This document shows positions 49,661 through 59,712 of a stretch of 64,000 nt of DNA, piece after piece. The notes below the pieces were generated by a model that made no database searches, was not told where the DNA came from, and saw nothing but the letters and a program-made list of their open reading frames with translations. Within the stretch, counting starts at the first letter, position 1; each line of letters starts with the position of its first letter. Source of the DNA: Nitrospirota bacterium (GTDB taxonomy: Bacteria > Nitrospirota > Thermodesulfovibrionia > Thermodesulfovibrionales > JdFR-86); assembly GCA_963721805.1 (NCBI GenBank), contig CAVRJY010000004.1, positions 32,001 to 96,000 of the forward strand. The letters are read 5' to 3'. Both the position numbers and the translations under genes were made by a program.

Positions 49661-50277
49661 TCCGGCGGCAATCCATAGCCGGCTTCACTCTCCTTGAGAT
49701 GCTCGTGGCGCTCGCGATATTCGCGGGCATGGCCGCGATGCTCTATAGCGGCCTGTTCGCGGCCCACCGCGCAACCGACGGGGTGCAGGACTCGCTGCTT
49801 CGGCTCCACGAGGTGCGCACCTCGCTTGACGTGATGCGCCGCGAGATCGAGGCCGCAGAGCCCATAAAGAGCACCGACCCGCTGCCCTCGCTCACCCTCA
49901 TCGGGAAGGACTACTACGGCTCGGCCTCGACGGACTGCACTTTCACGACCTTCCGCTCCCCGTCGGGCGGCTCGCTCATGGTGCGGTATTACGTGGTAGA
50001 GTCCGACGACCGCAAGCTCGCCCTGCACAAGCAGGTCCGAAGGCCCTGGGCCACGCCGGATGAGGCCGAGGACGCAGAGCTGATCGACGACATAGGCGGC
50101 TTCCTGGTCGAGGTCAGAGACGGCGACAAATGGAAGTCGACTTGGGACGGCCAGATAACCGGACAGGGCGGCGGCCAAGACTCAGGCCAAATCCGCATAA
50201 CGCTCACCGTGCATGCGAAGACCGGCGACATGACGCTCCGCGAGACCGCGAAGCCAGCTATCGGGGGCGGGATATGA
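49657..50277 (+). CDS. gspJ: Minor pseudopilin GspJ
   Basis: GFTLLEMLVALAI; position. Confidence 0.8.
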   Translation: MIRRQSIAGFTLLEMLVALAIFAGMAAMLYSGLFAAHRATDGVQDSLLRLHEVRTSLDVMRREIEAAEPIKSTDPLPSLTLIGKDYYGSASTDCTFTTFRSPSGGSLMVRYYVVESDDRKLALHKQVRRPWATPDEAEDAELIDDIGGFLVEVRDGDKWKSTWDGQITGQGGGQDSGQIRITLTVHAKTGDMTLRETAKPAIGGGI

Positions 50278-51188
50278 GGATCACGCGGCAGATTCCCGCT
50301 TCACCCGGACCTTCCGCGGTTGGCACAGCGAAGGACACCAGGCTCAATAAACGGGGCTTCGCCCTCGTGCTCACGCTCTCGGTGCTCGCGCTGATGACCG
50401 CGCTCACTGTGGAGTTCATCGACTCTGTGCGGTTAAATGCGACCTTCATGGAAAACTGGGAGACCACGCGTGAGCTCTCGCTCGCCGCACGCTCAGGGGC
50501 CTCGATAGCGGTTGAGCTGCTGTTTAAAGAACTTGCGAACCGCACGTATTCCTATCCCGGCCGGATCGACATCCCGCCGCTATATCCATTTGCGGACGGC
50601 AAGGTCCAGGTAGCGGTATCCATAGAGGACGAGGACTCGAAGTTCAATATCGCGAAACTCGTCACCGAGGGCGGCGCGCGCAACGACGCGGCGTATGCCG
50701 CGTTCCTCAGGCTTTTGGGCGCGCTAGATATCAGCCCCTCGGTCGCTGACCGGATAGCGGGCTGGATGTCGGGCGGCCCGGGCGGCAGGCGCGGCCCGCT
50801 CCGTAGCGTCGACGAAATACTCGAGATACCCGGCGTGGACCGCTCGGTTTATGATAAATTAAAGCCTTACGTTACCGTATTCGGCAGCGGGCTTATAAAC
50901 ATCAACGGGGCGGCGGCCCCCGTGCTCCGCTCGCTCGACGGCGGGATAAGCCCGGATATGGCCGGCCGCATCGTAAGCCGCCGCGATGAGCAGCCCTTCG
51001 AGTCCGCCGCGGACATCACGAAGGTGGCCGGTTTCGAGGGCCTTGGGATAGGGCTGATGGGGCGCATATGCGTCAAGGGCACCGCGTATTATCTCACGGT
51101 GCAGGCTGCGTCCCCCGAGGGGGTGCGCAGCACCATTGAGTGTGCGGTGGGCGGTGACGGCAAGGTGCAGTACTGGAGAGAGCTGTAA
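50274..51188 (+). CDS. gspK: Minor pseudopilin GspK
   Basis: GFALVLTL, IEDEDSKFNI, ININGA. Confidence 0.85.
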   Translation: MRITRQIPASPGPSAVGTAKDTRLNKRGFALVLTLSVLALMTALTVEFIDSVRLNATFMENWETTRELSLAARSGASIAVELLFKELANRTYSYPGRIDIPPLYPFADGKVQVAVSIEDEDSKFNIAKLVTEGGARNDAAYAAFLRLLGALDISPSVADRIAGWMSGGPGGRRGPLRSVDEILEIPGVDRSVYDKLKPYVTVFGSGLININGAAAPVLRSLDGGISPDMAGRIVSRRDEQPFESAADITKVAGFEGLGIGLMGRICVKGTAYYLTVQAASPEGVRSTIECAVGGDGKVQYWREL

Positions 51189-51200
51189 TATAAAACACGC

Positions 51201-52274
51201 ATGCCAGAGATAATCTTCATAGACCTCACAGGCCCCGCGAAGGGCAGCGCCTACGTGCTCGACAAGGGTACGGGCAAGGTGCGCTCGACGCTCGAGTTCG
51301 ATGAAATAGGCGCGCTCGGCCCCATCGAGGCCGCCAAGGGCTCCGAGGCCTGCCTGAGCCTCCCGCTATCGATGCTGGATTTCCGCAGGGTATCGCTCCC
51401 CGTGGCCGACCCGGACAAGGTGCGCCGCCTCCTGCCCTTCGAGCTCGAGGGCCTGATGCTCCAGGACCCTGGCCGCGCCGTGATCGACGCCGTCGTGCTG
51501 GGCACAAGCAAGGAAGACCCCTCGCGCCATGACGTGCTCGCGGTATACATGGACGCCCAGGTGCTCGGTGCGGTGCTCGCGGCTCTCGCGCGGCATGGGA
51601 TCGACCCGCGCGTGGCCTGCTCGATAGAGCTTTCGGCCGCGCTCGAGGAATACGGCCGTCTGGGCGGAGAGCCCGAGGCAGTGCTCATGAACTTCGGCGG
51701 TCTTACGGAAGGCCGTACGATGCGCGCATGGCAGGAGGCCGTCTCGGGGGGCAGGATCAACCTCAGGCGAGGCCCTCTGGGTTATACGGCCGACGAGCGC
51801 AGGACAAGAAAATCGCTAGCGCTCGCCGCTGTGCTCGCGATACTCATGCTCGCCACCCTGGGCGCTGACATCGGCCTCAGGATCAAGGCGGAACGCGGCC
51901 GCGAACGCACCATGGAGGACGCGGTCAAGTCCGCGTACGCCTCGGCCTTCCCGCAGGAGAAATACTCCGGCCCGCAGGGGATATCATACAAGCTGCAGGC
52001 CCGGATCAAGGAGCTGGAGGCTCGCGTGCGCAATCTAAAGGGCCTGCGGCCCCTCGACCTCATGGCCGGACTCCAGCCCCCCAAGGGGCTCTCATATACC
52101 GAGATAGCGCTCGAGGCTGACGGCGTGACGCTAAGCGGCAAGGCCGACTCCATGCCCACGGTGCAGGCCGCGCAGGCCGCGCTGGGCGGGACGCTCGACG
52201 ACGTGAAGATCACCGAGACCACCCCGGCCGGCGATGCGGTCAAGTTTACTATGACAGGCCGCAGGAAGCCCTGA
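51201..52274 (+). CDS. gspL: Type II secretion protein GspL
   Basis: Cytoplasmic domain (LPFELE), INLRRG, single TM, periplasmic tail; position. Confidence 0.75.
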   Translation: MPEIIFIDLTGPAKGSAYVLDKGTGKVRSTLEFDEIGALGPIEAAKGSEACLSLPLSMLDFRRVSLPVADPDKVRRLLPFELEGLMLQDPGRAVIDAVVLGTSKEDPSRHDVLAVYMDAQVLGAVLAALARHGIDPRVACSIELSAALEEYGRLGGEPEAVLMNFGGLTEGRTMRAWQEAVSGGRINLRRGPLGYTADERRTRKSLALAAVLAILMLATLGADIGLRIKAERGRERTMEDAVKSAYASAFPQEKYSGPQGISYKLQARIKELEARVRNLKGLRPLDLMAGLQPPKGLSYTEIALEADGVTLSGKADSMPTVQAAQAALGGTLDDVKITETTPAGDAVKFTMTGRRKP

Positions 52275-52275
52275 C

Positions 52276-52755
52276 ATGAACCGCAGGGGGACCATATGGC
52301 TGGTAAGCGTGGCAATTATCGCCGCGCTCTTTGCCGGGCTCTTCGTGGCGCTCAGGGCTGCCCAGAGGGACGCCTCCGCGATGGAGACAACCGCCAGGGA
52401 CGCTGTGCGGTATGCCGCGCGCTGCCGTGAGCTGAACGACACGGCCGCCGCGCTCGAGGCCCGTGCGGCCGCTGATGTCCCCTCCGGGATCGTCGAGGCC
52501 GTGGACCGCGTCACGGCCCCGCTGGGGCTCAAGGACCGCGTGAAGTCCGTAAAAAACCTGCCTTCAGGCCCCAGGGAGCAGCTTGCGGAACTCAGCTTGG
52601 CGGGGCTCACGCCCAACGAACTCGCCAACGTGCTTTACTCCATCGAGACCGCGCCGATGCTCCTTGTCGTGCGGAAGGCCGACGTCCGCTCGTCGTTCGA
52701 GCGGCAGGGCACACTGAACGCCTCGCTCACGCTGGCCCTGATCAAGACCAAGTGA
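52276..52755 (+). CDS. gspM: Type II secretion protein GspM
   Basis: N-terminal TM, coiled coil, small C-terminal domain; position. Confidence 0.65.
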   Translation: MNRRGTIWLVSVAIIAALFAGLFVALRAAQRDASAMETTARDAVRYAARCRELNDTAAALEARAAADVPSGIVEAVDRVTAPLGLKDRVKSVKNLPSGPREQLAELSLAGLTPNELANVLYSIETAPMLLVVRKADVRSSFERQGTLNASLTLALIKTK

Positions 52756-53771
52756 TGCGCTCCCTGCTTTGGGCCCTCATAGTGCTCATCGTCGCCATCC
52801 CGCTGTTTGCCGTCGCCGCGTGGGAGATCGCGGTCCCGCTTGAGTTAATCGAGTCGGGCGCGCGCACCCCGCTTGAGGCCCAGGGGCTAGACCTCGCGTT
52901 TAAGGGGCTCGCGAAGGGCCTGTTTTTCAGCCTGCACAGCGACGAGGTCACGGTGCTCAGGGGCGATATGCCGGTCATATCCGCAACGGATGCCGAGGCC
53001 GCGCTGAGGCCGCTCTCCCTGCTTTCTGGCAGGCCGGAGGCCGGGTTTAAGGCAAAGCTCGCCGGGGGCACGATTACCGGCACGGCCACGCTCGTCAAAC
53101 GCTACCTATACCTGAAGGCCGATCTCACAGGCGCGGATCTCGCCTCGATACGCGGGCTGCTCGAGCCGCTTGGCCTGCGCGGGTCGCGCGGGAATACCTC
53201 TGCCTCGTTCGATGTAGGCCCTGACGGGGGGCACATAGAGTTCACGGTGCGCGACGCGGCGCTCGGGACGTTTGCGGGCGTCCAGACCGGCAGCGTCCCG
53301 CTTGGGATGCTCAAGGCCGCCGGGGGCATCCCGCTTGGGATCGCTAACACCGCGGGTGGCACTGCGCAGGGGCTGGCCTCGGCCGTCCAGGGCGGCAACA
53401 TCCCGCTGGGGATTATCAACGCCGTCGCCAACGCACCGCTCGGCGTGCTCAATACCGCGCGTGACACTGTGTTGGGGATATTTTCGGTCGGCCAGACCGG
53501 CAACATCCCGCTGGGGATGTTCAATACCGTGCGAGGGGCGCTCAGTCTCAAAAACGGCGTGACCGAGATCACCTCGCTCTCACTCGAGGGCAGGGACATA
53601 TACGCCAAGGCCGCAGGCAGCATCAGCCGCAGCGGCGCGCTCGACCTCGCGCTCGTCGTAATGCCCTCGCCCGGCAGCCCGTATGCGAGCCTGCTCGGCC
53701 AGATGCCCGGCTGGACCAGGACCGGCCCCGGGCGGTACGAAACCAGGCTCAGGACGCCGGGGCGCAAGTAA
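52752..53771 (+). CDS. gspN: Type II secretion protein GspN-like, with an internal repeat insert
   Basis: N-terminal TM, beta-rich body; last gene of the gsp run. Confidence 0.6.
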   Translation: MMRSLLWALIVLIVAIPLFAVAAWEIAVPLELIESGARTPLEAQGLDLAFKGLAKGLFFSLHSDEVTVLRGDMPVISATDAEAALRPLSLLSGRPEAGFKAKLAGGTITGTATLVKRYLYLKADLTGADLASIRGLLEPLGLRGSRGNTSASFDVGPDGGHIEFTVRDAALGTFAGVQTGSVPLGMLKAAGGIPLGIANTAGGTAQGLASAVQGGNIPLGIINAVANAPLGVLNTARDTVLGIFSVGQTGNIPLGMFNTVRGALSLKNGVTEITSLSLEGRDIYAKAAGSISRSGALDLALVVMPSPGSPYASLLGQMPGWTRTGPGRYETRLRTPGRK

Positions 53772-53801
53772 CCAATAAGCCGCATCATTATATTGCGCTG
53801 A

Positions 53802-53830
53802 TTGACAATCAATTGTTAATAATATATTTT
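53802..53830 (+). promoter_or_regulatory. sigma70 promoter of pilB
   Basis: TTGACA-17 nt-TATTTT in an AT-rich gap. Confidence 0.6.
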
Positions 53831-53837
53831 ATTTAAT

Positions 53838-55661
53838 ATGGCCCCTAAACTCGGGGAGATGCTTATCTCCTCCAACATAATCAACGAAGAACAGCTAAAG
53901 CTGGCCCTCAACCTCCAGAAAAAGGAGGGCGGGAGACTCGGCAGCAAGCTCGTAAAACTCGGCTACGTGAGCGAGGAAAAACTCGTCGCGTTCCTAAGCA
54001 AGCAGTTCGGCGTCCCGGCCATAAGCCTCGAAAGCTACAGGATCGACCCGTCGGTCGTGAAGCTCATCCCGCTGGACATGGCCCGCAAATACAGCATCAT
54101 GCCGGTCGCGCGCGTGGGCGCCGTGCTCACCATAGCGATGACAGACCCCTCCAACGTCTTCGCGATCGACGACGTGAAGTTCATGACAGGCTACAACGTC
54201 GAGGTCGCCGTCTCGACCGAATCGAGCATAAGCTCGGCAGTCGCGGAATATTACGGCGGCAGGGGCGGCGAGATGGTGCCGTCGCAGAAGACCACGCCGG
54301 CCGAGCAAAACAAGATACTCGAAGCCAAGGACTACACCCTCTCTGACGAAGACCTGGCCGGCGGAAGCCATATGGAAGGCCAGGAAGACGGCCCGATGAT
54401 CGACGTCGCGGACTTCGACTCGGTCGTCGGCAGCGCGCTTGACGGCATCGAGGCCGTCGAGGAAGAGACGGATGCCGACCAGGTGCGCGAGGTCGAGGCC
54501 CCGATCGTGAAGCTCGTCAACGGCATATTCGTCAACGCTGTGAAGGCCGGGGCCTCGGACATCCACATCGAGCCGTACGAGACCTCGCTGCGCGTCAGGT
54601 ACCGCGTCGACGGCGTCATGTACACGGTCATGAACCTGCCCACGAAGATAAGGGCCGCGCTCACCTCTCGCATCAAGATCATGAGCAAGCTCGATATCGC
54701 CGAGCGCCGCCTGCCGCAGGACGGCCGCATAAAGCTCAAGCTCGGCAAGAAGCGCGAGATCGACTTCCGCGTCTCCGTCCTACCGTGCCTGTTCGGTGAG
54801 AAGACCGTCCTTCGGCTCCTGGACAAGTCCACCCTGCAGGTGGACCTCACGAAGCTCGGCTTTGACGAACTCGCGCTGCGGGACTTCATGGAAGCCATCG
54901 AGAAGCCCTTCGGGATGATACTCGTCACCGGCCCCACGGGCTCTGGCAAGACCACCACGCTGTATTCCGCCCTTACGCACCTAAACAAGCCCGACACGAA
55001 CATCATGACCGCCGAGGACCCGGTGGAGTTCAACTTCATGGGCATCAACCAGGTCCACGTGCGCGAGGACATCGGCCTTACCTTCGCCGCGGCACTCCGC
55101 TCTTTCCTGCGGCAGGACCCCGACATCATCATGGTAGGGGAGATCAGGGACTTCGAGACCGCGGAGATCGCGGTCAAGGCGGCCCTGACCGGCCACCTCG
55201 TCCTGAGCACCCTGCACACCAACGACGCCCCGAGCACGATCAACCGCCTGCTGAACATGGGCATCGAGCCCTTCCTCGTCTCGTCGGCCTGCATACTCAT
55301 CATGGCCCAGAGGCTCGCGCGTCGCATATGCATGCAGTGCAAGGAGGAGGAGACCGTGCCGCACCAGGCCCTGCTGAAAGTGGGTTTTTCGGAAGAGGAA
55401 GTCAAGACCTTCAAGCCGATGAAAGGGCGCGGCTGCCCGGCCTGCAACGGCACCGGATACAAGGGCCGCATCGCGCTGTACGAAGTGATGCCGATACGCG
55501 AGGAGATCAAGGAACTTATACTGGAGGGCGCGTCCTCGGACGAGATCAAGCGCGGCGCGCTGAGGCTCGGCTGCAAATCGCTGCGTTTAAGCGGCCTCCA
55601 GAAGATTAAAGAGGGCGTCACTACGATCGACGAGGTGCTTCGCGTCACCTTCGGCGACTAG
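53838..55661 (+). CDS. pilB: Type IV pilus assembly ATPase PilB
   Basis: MshEN-like KLGEMLI...RLGSKLV, GPTGSGKTT, TAEDPVE, CxxC pairs. Confidence 0.95.
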   Translation: MAPKLGEMLISSNIINEEQLKLALNLQKKEGGRLGSKLVKLGYVSEEKLVAFLSKQFGVPAISLESYRIDPSVVKLIPLDMARKYSIMPVARVGAVLTIAMTDPSNVFAIDDVKFMTGYNVEVAVSTESSISSAVAEYYGGRGGEMVPSQKTTPAEQNKILEAKDYTLSDEDLAGGSHMEGQEDGPMIDVADFDSVVGSALDGIEAVEEETDADQVREVEAPIVKLVNGIFVNAVKAGASDIHIEPYETSLRVRYRVDGVMYTVMNLPTKIRAALTSRIKIMSKLDIAERRLPQDGRIKLKLGKKREIDFRVSVLPCLFGEKTVLRLLDKSTLQVDLTKLGFDELALRDFMEAIEKPFGMILVTGPTGSGKTTTLYSALTHLNKPDTNIMTAEDPVEFNFMGINQVHVREDIGLTFAAALRSFLRQDPDIIMVGEIRDFETAEIAVKAALTGHLVLSTLHTNDAPSTINRLLNMGIEPFLVSSACILIMAQRLARRICMQCKEEETVPHQALLKVGFSEEEVKTFKPMKGRGCPACNGTGYKGRIALYEVMPIREEIKELILEGASSDEIKRGALRLGCKSLRLSGLQKIKEGVTTIDEVLRVTFGD

Positions 55662-55693
55662 CAACAAGAGAATCAGGGGGGTTAGATAAAATC

Positions 55694-56797
55694 ATGGCGA
55701 TGAACCTGTACGATTTGCTTAAGGCGATGATCGAGCGCGGGGCCTCGGACCTGCATATCACCACCGGCTCCTCGCCGCGCATCCGCGTCGACAGCAGGCT
55801 CATCGTGCTCGACCCGAAGGCCGAAGCCCTAACGCCGACCGACACCAAGGCGCTCTGCTACAGCATCCTCACCGACGCCCAGAAGCACAAGTTCGAGGAG
55901 TTCAGCGAGCTGGACCTCTCGTTCGGCCTCAAGGGGCTGAGCCGCTTCCGCGCCAACGTCTTCATGCAGCGGGGCGCCGTGGCCGGGGCCTTCCGCGCCA
56001 TCCCCTTCGGCGTACGCAGCTTCCAGGAGCTCGGCCTGCCGGAGATCGTCTCGGATCTCGCCAAGCGGCCGCGCGGCCTGATACTCGTCACCGGCCCGAC
56101 CGGCTCGGGCAAGTCCACCACGCTGGCGACTATCATCGACAGGATCAACGAGGAGCGCTACGAGCACATCATCACGATCGAGGACCCGATAGAGTACCTG
56201 CACGGCCACAAGCGCGCCCTGGTCAACCAGCGCGAGGTCAACGCCGACACGCAGTCGTTCAAGGACGCCCTGAAATACGTCCTCAGGCAGGACCCCGACG
56301 TCGTACTGATCGGCGAGATGCGCGACCTCGAGACGATTGAGGCGGCGCTTAAGGTCTCCGAGACCGGCCACCTGACGCTCGCCACCCTGCACACTAACTC
56401 AGCCGTGCAGAGCATCAACCGCATAATCGACGTCTTCCCCCCGCACCAGCAGTCGCAGATCAGGGTGCAGCTGAGCTTCGTACTCGAGGCCGTTCTGGCG
56501 CAGCAGCTCATACCCAAGAAATCCGGCAAGGGCCGGGTGATGGCGCTCGAGATCATGATCCCCACCCCCGCCATACGCAACCTCATCCGAGAGGACAAGG
56601 TCCACCAGATATACTCCATGATGCAGACCGGGCAGTCGAAGATCGGCATGCAGACGATGAACCAGTCCCTCGTCGACCTCTGCAAGCGCGGGCTCATCTC
56701 TTACGAAGAGGCGCTGCAGCACACGATGATCACGGACGAGTTCGTCCAGATGATGCAACGCGAACAGCTAAAGGAAAAGGATAAAAGGGGGGGATAA
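55694..56797 (+). CDS. pilT: Type IV pilus retraction ATPase PilT
   Basis: ASDLH, GPTGSGKSTT, AIRNLIRE. Confidence 0.96.
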   Translation: MAMNLYDLLKAMIERGASDLHITTGSSPRIRVDSRLIVLDPKAEALTPTDTKALCYSILTDAQKHKFEEFSELDLSFGLKGLSRFRANVFMQRGAVAGAFRAIPFGVRSFQELGLPEIVSDLAKRPRGLILVTGPTGSGKSTTLATIIDRINEERYEHIITIEDPIEYLHGHKRALVNQREVNADTQSFKDALKYVLRQDPDVVLIGEMRDLETIEAALKVSETGHLTLATLHTNSAVQSINRIIDVFPPHQQSQIRVQLSFVLEAVLAQQLIPKKSGKGRVMALEIMIPTPAIRNLIREDKVHQIYSMMQTGQSKIGMQTMNQSLVDLCKRGLISYEEALQHTMITDEFVQMMQREQLKEKDKRGG

Positions 56798-56800
56798 ATT

Positions 56801-58006
56801 ATGGCCACAGTCTTTCAGTGGGCGGGGAAGACCAGCCTCGGCACGATAGAGACCGGGGAGACCACCGCGAACTCGCGCGAGGAGGTCTCCAACCAGCTCA
56901 GGCGGCGCAACATAACGGCCACCTCCATAGTCGAAAAGGAAAAAAAGAAGTTTAGCTTCGGCGGCGGCAAGGTCACTGACAAGGACATCGTCGTATTCAC
57001 GCGCCAGTTCTCGACGATGATCGACGCCGGCCTCCCGCTAGTGCAGGCCCTAGAGATCCTCTCCACCCAGGTCGAGAGCAAGGCGCTCGGCAAGGCCCTC
57101 GGGGTGATCAAGGGCGACGTCGAGAGCGGCTCCACGTATGCCGACGCCCTCAGGAAACACCCGAAGATATTCGACGCCCTGTACTGCAACATGGTCGCGG
57201 CCGGCGAAAGCGGCGGTATCCTCGACACCATCCTGAACCGTCTCGCCAGCTACATTGAGAAGACCATGAAGCTCAAGCGGAAGATCAAGAGCGCCCTTAC
57301 GTACCCGATCACGATCAGCGCGGTCGCGGTCATCGTCGTCGGCGTCATCATGGTCTTCGTCGTCCCGACCTTCTCGAAGATGTTCGCGACCCTCGGCGGC
57401 ACACTGCCGCTTCCGACCCAGATGATCATCTCCGCCAGCAACTTCCTCAAAAAAGGCGGGGCGGTCCTCATAGTCGCAGTCGCGTTCGGCATAGCCTATG
57501 CGCTCAGACAGATCCGCAAGACCGATGCCGGTCTCTACAGGACCGACGCGATACTCCTGAAGGTCCCGATATTCGGGCCGATGCTCCTGAAGGTCGCGAT
57601 TTCGAAGTTCACGCGCACGATGGGCACACTGACGAGCTCAGGCGTGCCGATACTCGACGGCCTCGAGATCACCGCAAAGACGGCCGGCAACAGGGTTATC
57701 GAACTCGCGGTAATGGACGTCCGCACCGCGGTCAGCGAGGGCAAGACCCTATCTGAGCCCCTCACCAAGGCCAAGATATTCCCGCCGATGGTCACGCACA
57801 TGATCGCCGTAGGCGAATCCACCGGCGCGCTCGATACGATGATGACGAAGATCGCGGACTTCTACGACGACGAGGTCGACAACGCGGTCACGAACCTCAC
57901 GGCCATGATGGAGCCCATCCTGATGGTGTTCCTCGGCACGACGTGCGGTTTCATCATCGTCTCGATGTACCTGCCGATCTTCAAGCTGATCACCCTCATC
58001 AAGTAA
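56801..58006 (+). CDS. pilC: Type IV pilus platform protein PilC
   Basis: FTRQFSTMIDAGLPL, AGESGG, MEP. Confidence 0.95.
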   Translation: MATVFQWAGKTSLGTIETGETTANSREEVSNQLRRRNITATSIVEKEKKKFSFGGGKVTDKDIVVFTRQFSTMIDAGLPLVQALEILSTQVESKALGKALGVIKGDVESGSTYADALRKHPKIFDALYCNMVAAGESGGILDTILNRLASYIEKTMKLKRKIKSALTYPITISAVAVIVVGVIMVFVVPTFSKMFATLGGTLPLPTQMIISASNFLKKGGAVLIVAVAFGIAYALRQIRKTDAGLYRTDAILLKVPIFGPMLLKVAISKFTRTMGTLTSSGVPILDGLEITAKTAGNRVIELAVMDVRTAVSEGKTLSEPLTKAKIFPPMVTHMIAVGESTGALDTMMTKIADFYDDEVDNAVTNLTAMMEPILMVFLGTTCGFIIVSMYLPIFKLITLIK

Positions 58007-58098
58007 GTGGGGCGGCTGGCGGATTCCGGGCGGGTTAAGCGGATATGCGGAAAAGCCGCCCGCGGGCGAGCGACGAGCGCTGTTGACGCCAGCCACCG

Positions 58099-59712
58099 GT
58101 GAGCGCATTGAACGCTGAGACCGAGCAGGACCTGCGGCCGGGCATCGAGGTCCCGATCCGAAGGTTAAAAGCCCTGATCGCCTTCCGCATCTGCCTCGTC
58201 ACCTTACTGGTGGGCTCGTTCATGGTGTTCAGGATCGGTCACGGCATATTCCCGTACTCCTTCGCGGTCATGTACCTGATAGCCGCGTTCTACGGCATGA
58301 CGATCGTCCACCTGCTGCTGCTCGGGCGGCTCGCAAACGCGGCCCACGCATACATCCAGATAATCGGCGACGTCACGGGCACCGTGGCCCTCATAGCGTT
58401 TACGGGCGGCATCGAGAGCGGCTTTACCTCGCTGCTGATCCTCAACGTCATCTCCGCGGCGATAGTGGCCGGAAGGCGCGCGGGCTACCTTGCCGCGACG
58501 CTCTCGGCCCTGCTCTACGGCGTGCTCCTCGACGCCCAGTTCAACCTGGCGATCCCGGCCCCCTACGAACCCATTACCGCCGCCAAGGCCTTCCTCTTCA
58601 ACCTCTTTTCTCACATCACCGCGCTATACCTCACGGCGTTCCTGATGGGCATCCTGGTCAGGCGTCTCGAGCGCCAGGCCACGAGCATCATGGACCTTAC
58701 CGCCTTCAACCGCGAGGTGATCGAGCACACCCCGAGCGGGCTTTTCACCACGGACTCGAGCGGGAGGATCCAGGTCTTCAACCGCGCGGCCGAGCTGATA
58801 ACCGGCATCGGCCGCGAGCAGGCGCTGGGGGCCGAGCCCCGGGAGATATTCCCCTTCCTGCCGCGGGAGGGGCAATGGCCCGAGCGCTCGGAGCAGACCG
58901 TGTCAGCGGGCGGCGGCCGCAAGATCATAGGGCTGACGATCTCGGACATGCACGACTCCTCCGGGGTGGGCCATATCGGGGTATTCGAGGACCTCACAGA
59001 GATGAAGAAAATGGCCGAGGAGATGAAGCGCAGGGAAAAGCTCGCCGCTATCGGAGAGCTATCGGCCAACATGGCGCACGAGATCCGAAACCCGCTGGCC
59101 TCGCTTAAAAGCTCGATAGAGCTGATCCGCGAGGCCTCGATCACGCCGGAGCAGCGCAGCCGCCTGATGGGCATAGCGATAAACGAGATGGACCGCTTAA
59201 ACACCATCGTCACGGACTTCCTGGACTACGCGCGGCCGGCCAAGCCCAAGATGCAGCCCTGCGACCTGCACCAGACACTCGACCGCGCGGCCGACGTCCT
59301 CGTTGGATCGGGCCACCAGAACGTACAGATAAAAAGGCTCTACCAGGGCCCGCTGCCGATTGTTGCCGACCCCGAGATGCTCGGGCAGGTCTTCCTCAAC
59401 ATCGGCCTGAACGCCTTCGATGCGATGCCCGACGGCGGCACGCTTGAGATATCCACGGCCGTCGGCGCCGGCCGCAGGGTGGAGGTCAGGTTCCGGGACA
59501 CCGGCACCGGCATCGAGGCCGAGAACCTCGAACGAGTATTCTATCCATTCTACACCACTAAGAAAAAAGGCACCGGCATCGGCCTCAGCATCGTATACAG
59601 GATAGTAGTGGAAGACCACGGCGGGACCGTGCGCGTAAAAAGCCCCCCGGAGGGCCCCGGCACGGTGTTCGTCGTCGAGCTGCCGCTGGATGGCGCGGGG
59701 GCCGCGGCATGA
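58099..59712 (+). CDS. pilS: Sensor histidine kinase PilS
   Basis: Multi-TM N-terminus, PAS, AHEIRNPL, GTGIGL; position. Confidence 0.85.
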   Translation: MSALNAETEQDLRPGIEVPIRRLKALIAFRICLVTLLVGSFMVFRIGHGIFPYSFAVMYLIAAFYGMTIVHLLLLGRLANAAHAYIQIIGDVTGTVALIAFTGGIESGFTSLLILNVISAAIVAGRRAGYLAATLSALLYGVLLDAQFNLAIPAPYEPITAAKAFLFNLFSHITALYLTAFLMGILVRRLERQATSIMDLTAFNREVIEHTPSGLFTTDSSGRIQVFNRAAELITGIGREQALGAEPREIFPFLPREGQWPERSEQTVSAGGGRKIIGLTISDMHDSSGVGHIGVFEDLTEMKKMAEEMKRREKLAAIGELSANMAHEIRNPLASLKSSIELIREASITPEQRSRLMGIAINEMDRLNTIVTDFLDYARPAKPKMQPCDLHQTLDRAADVLVGSGHQNVQIKRLYQGPLPIVADPEMLGQVFLNIGLNAFDAMPDGGTLEISTAVGAGRRVEVRFRDTGTGIEAENLERVFYPFYTTKKKGTGIGLSIVYRIVVEDHGGTVRVKSPPEGPGTVFVVELPLDGAGAAA

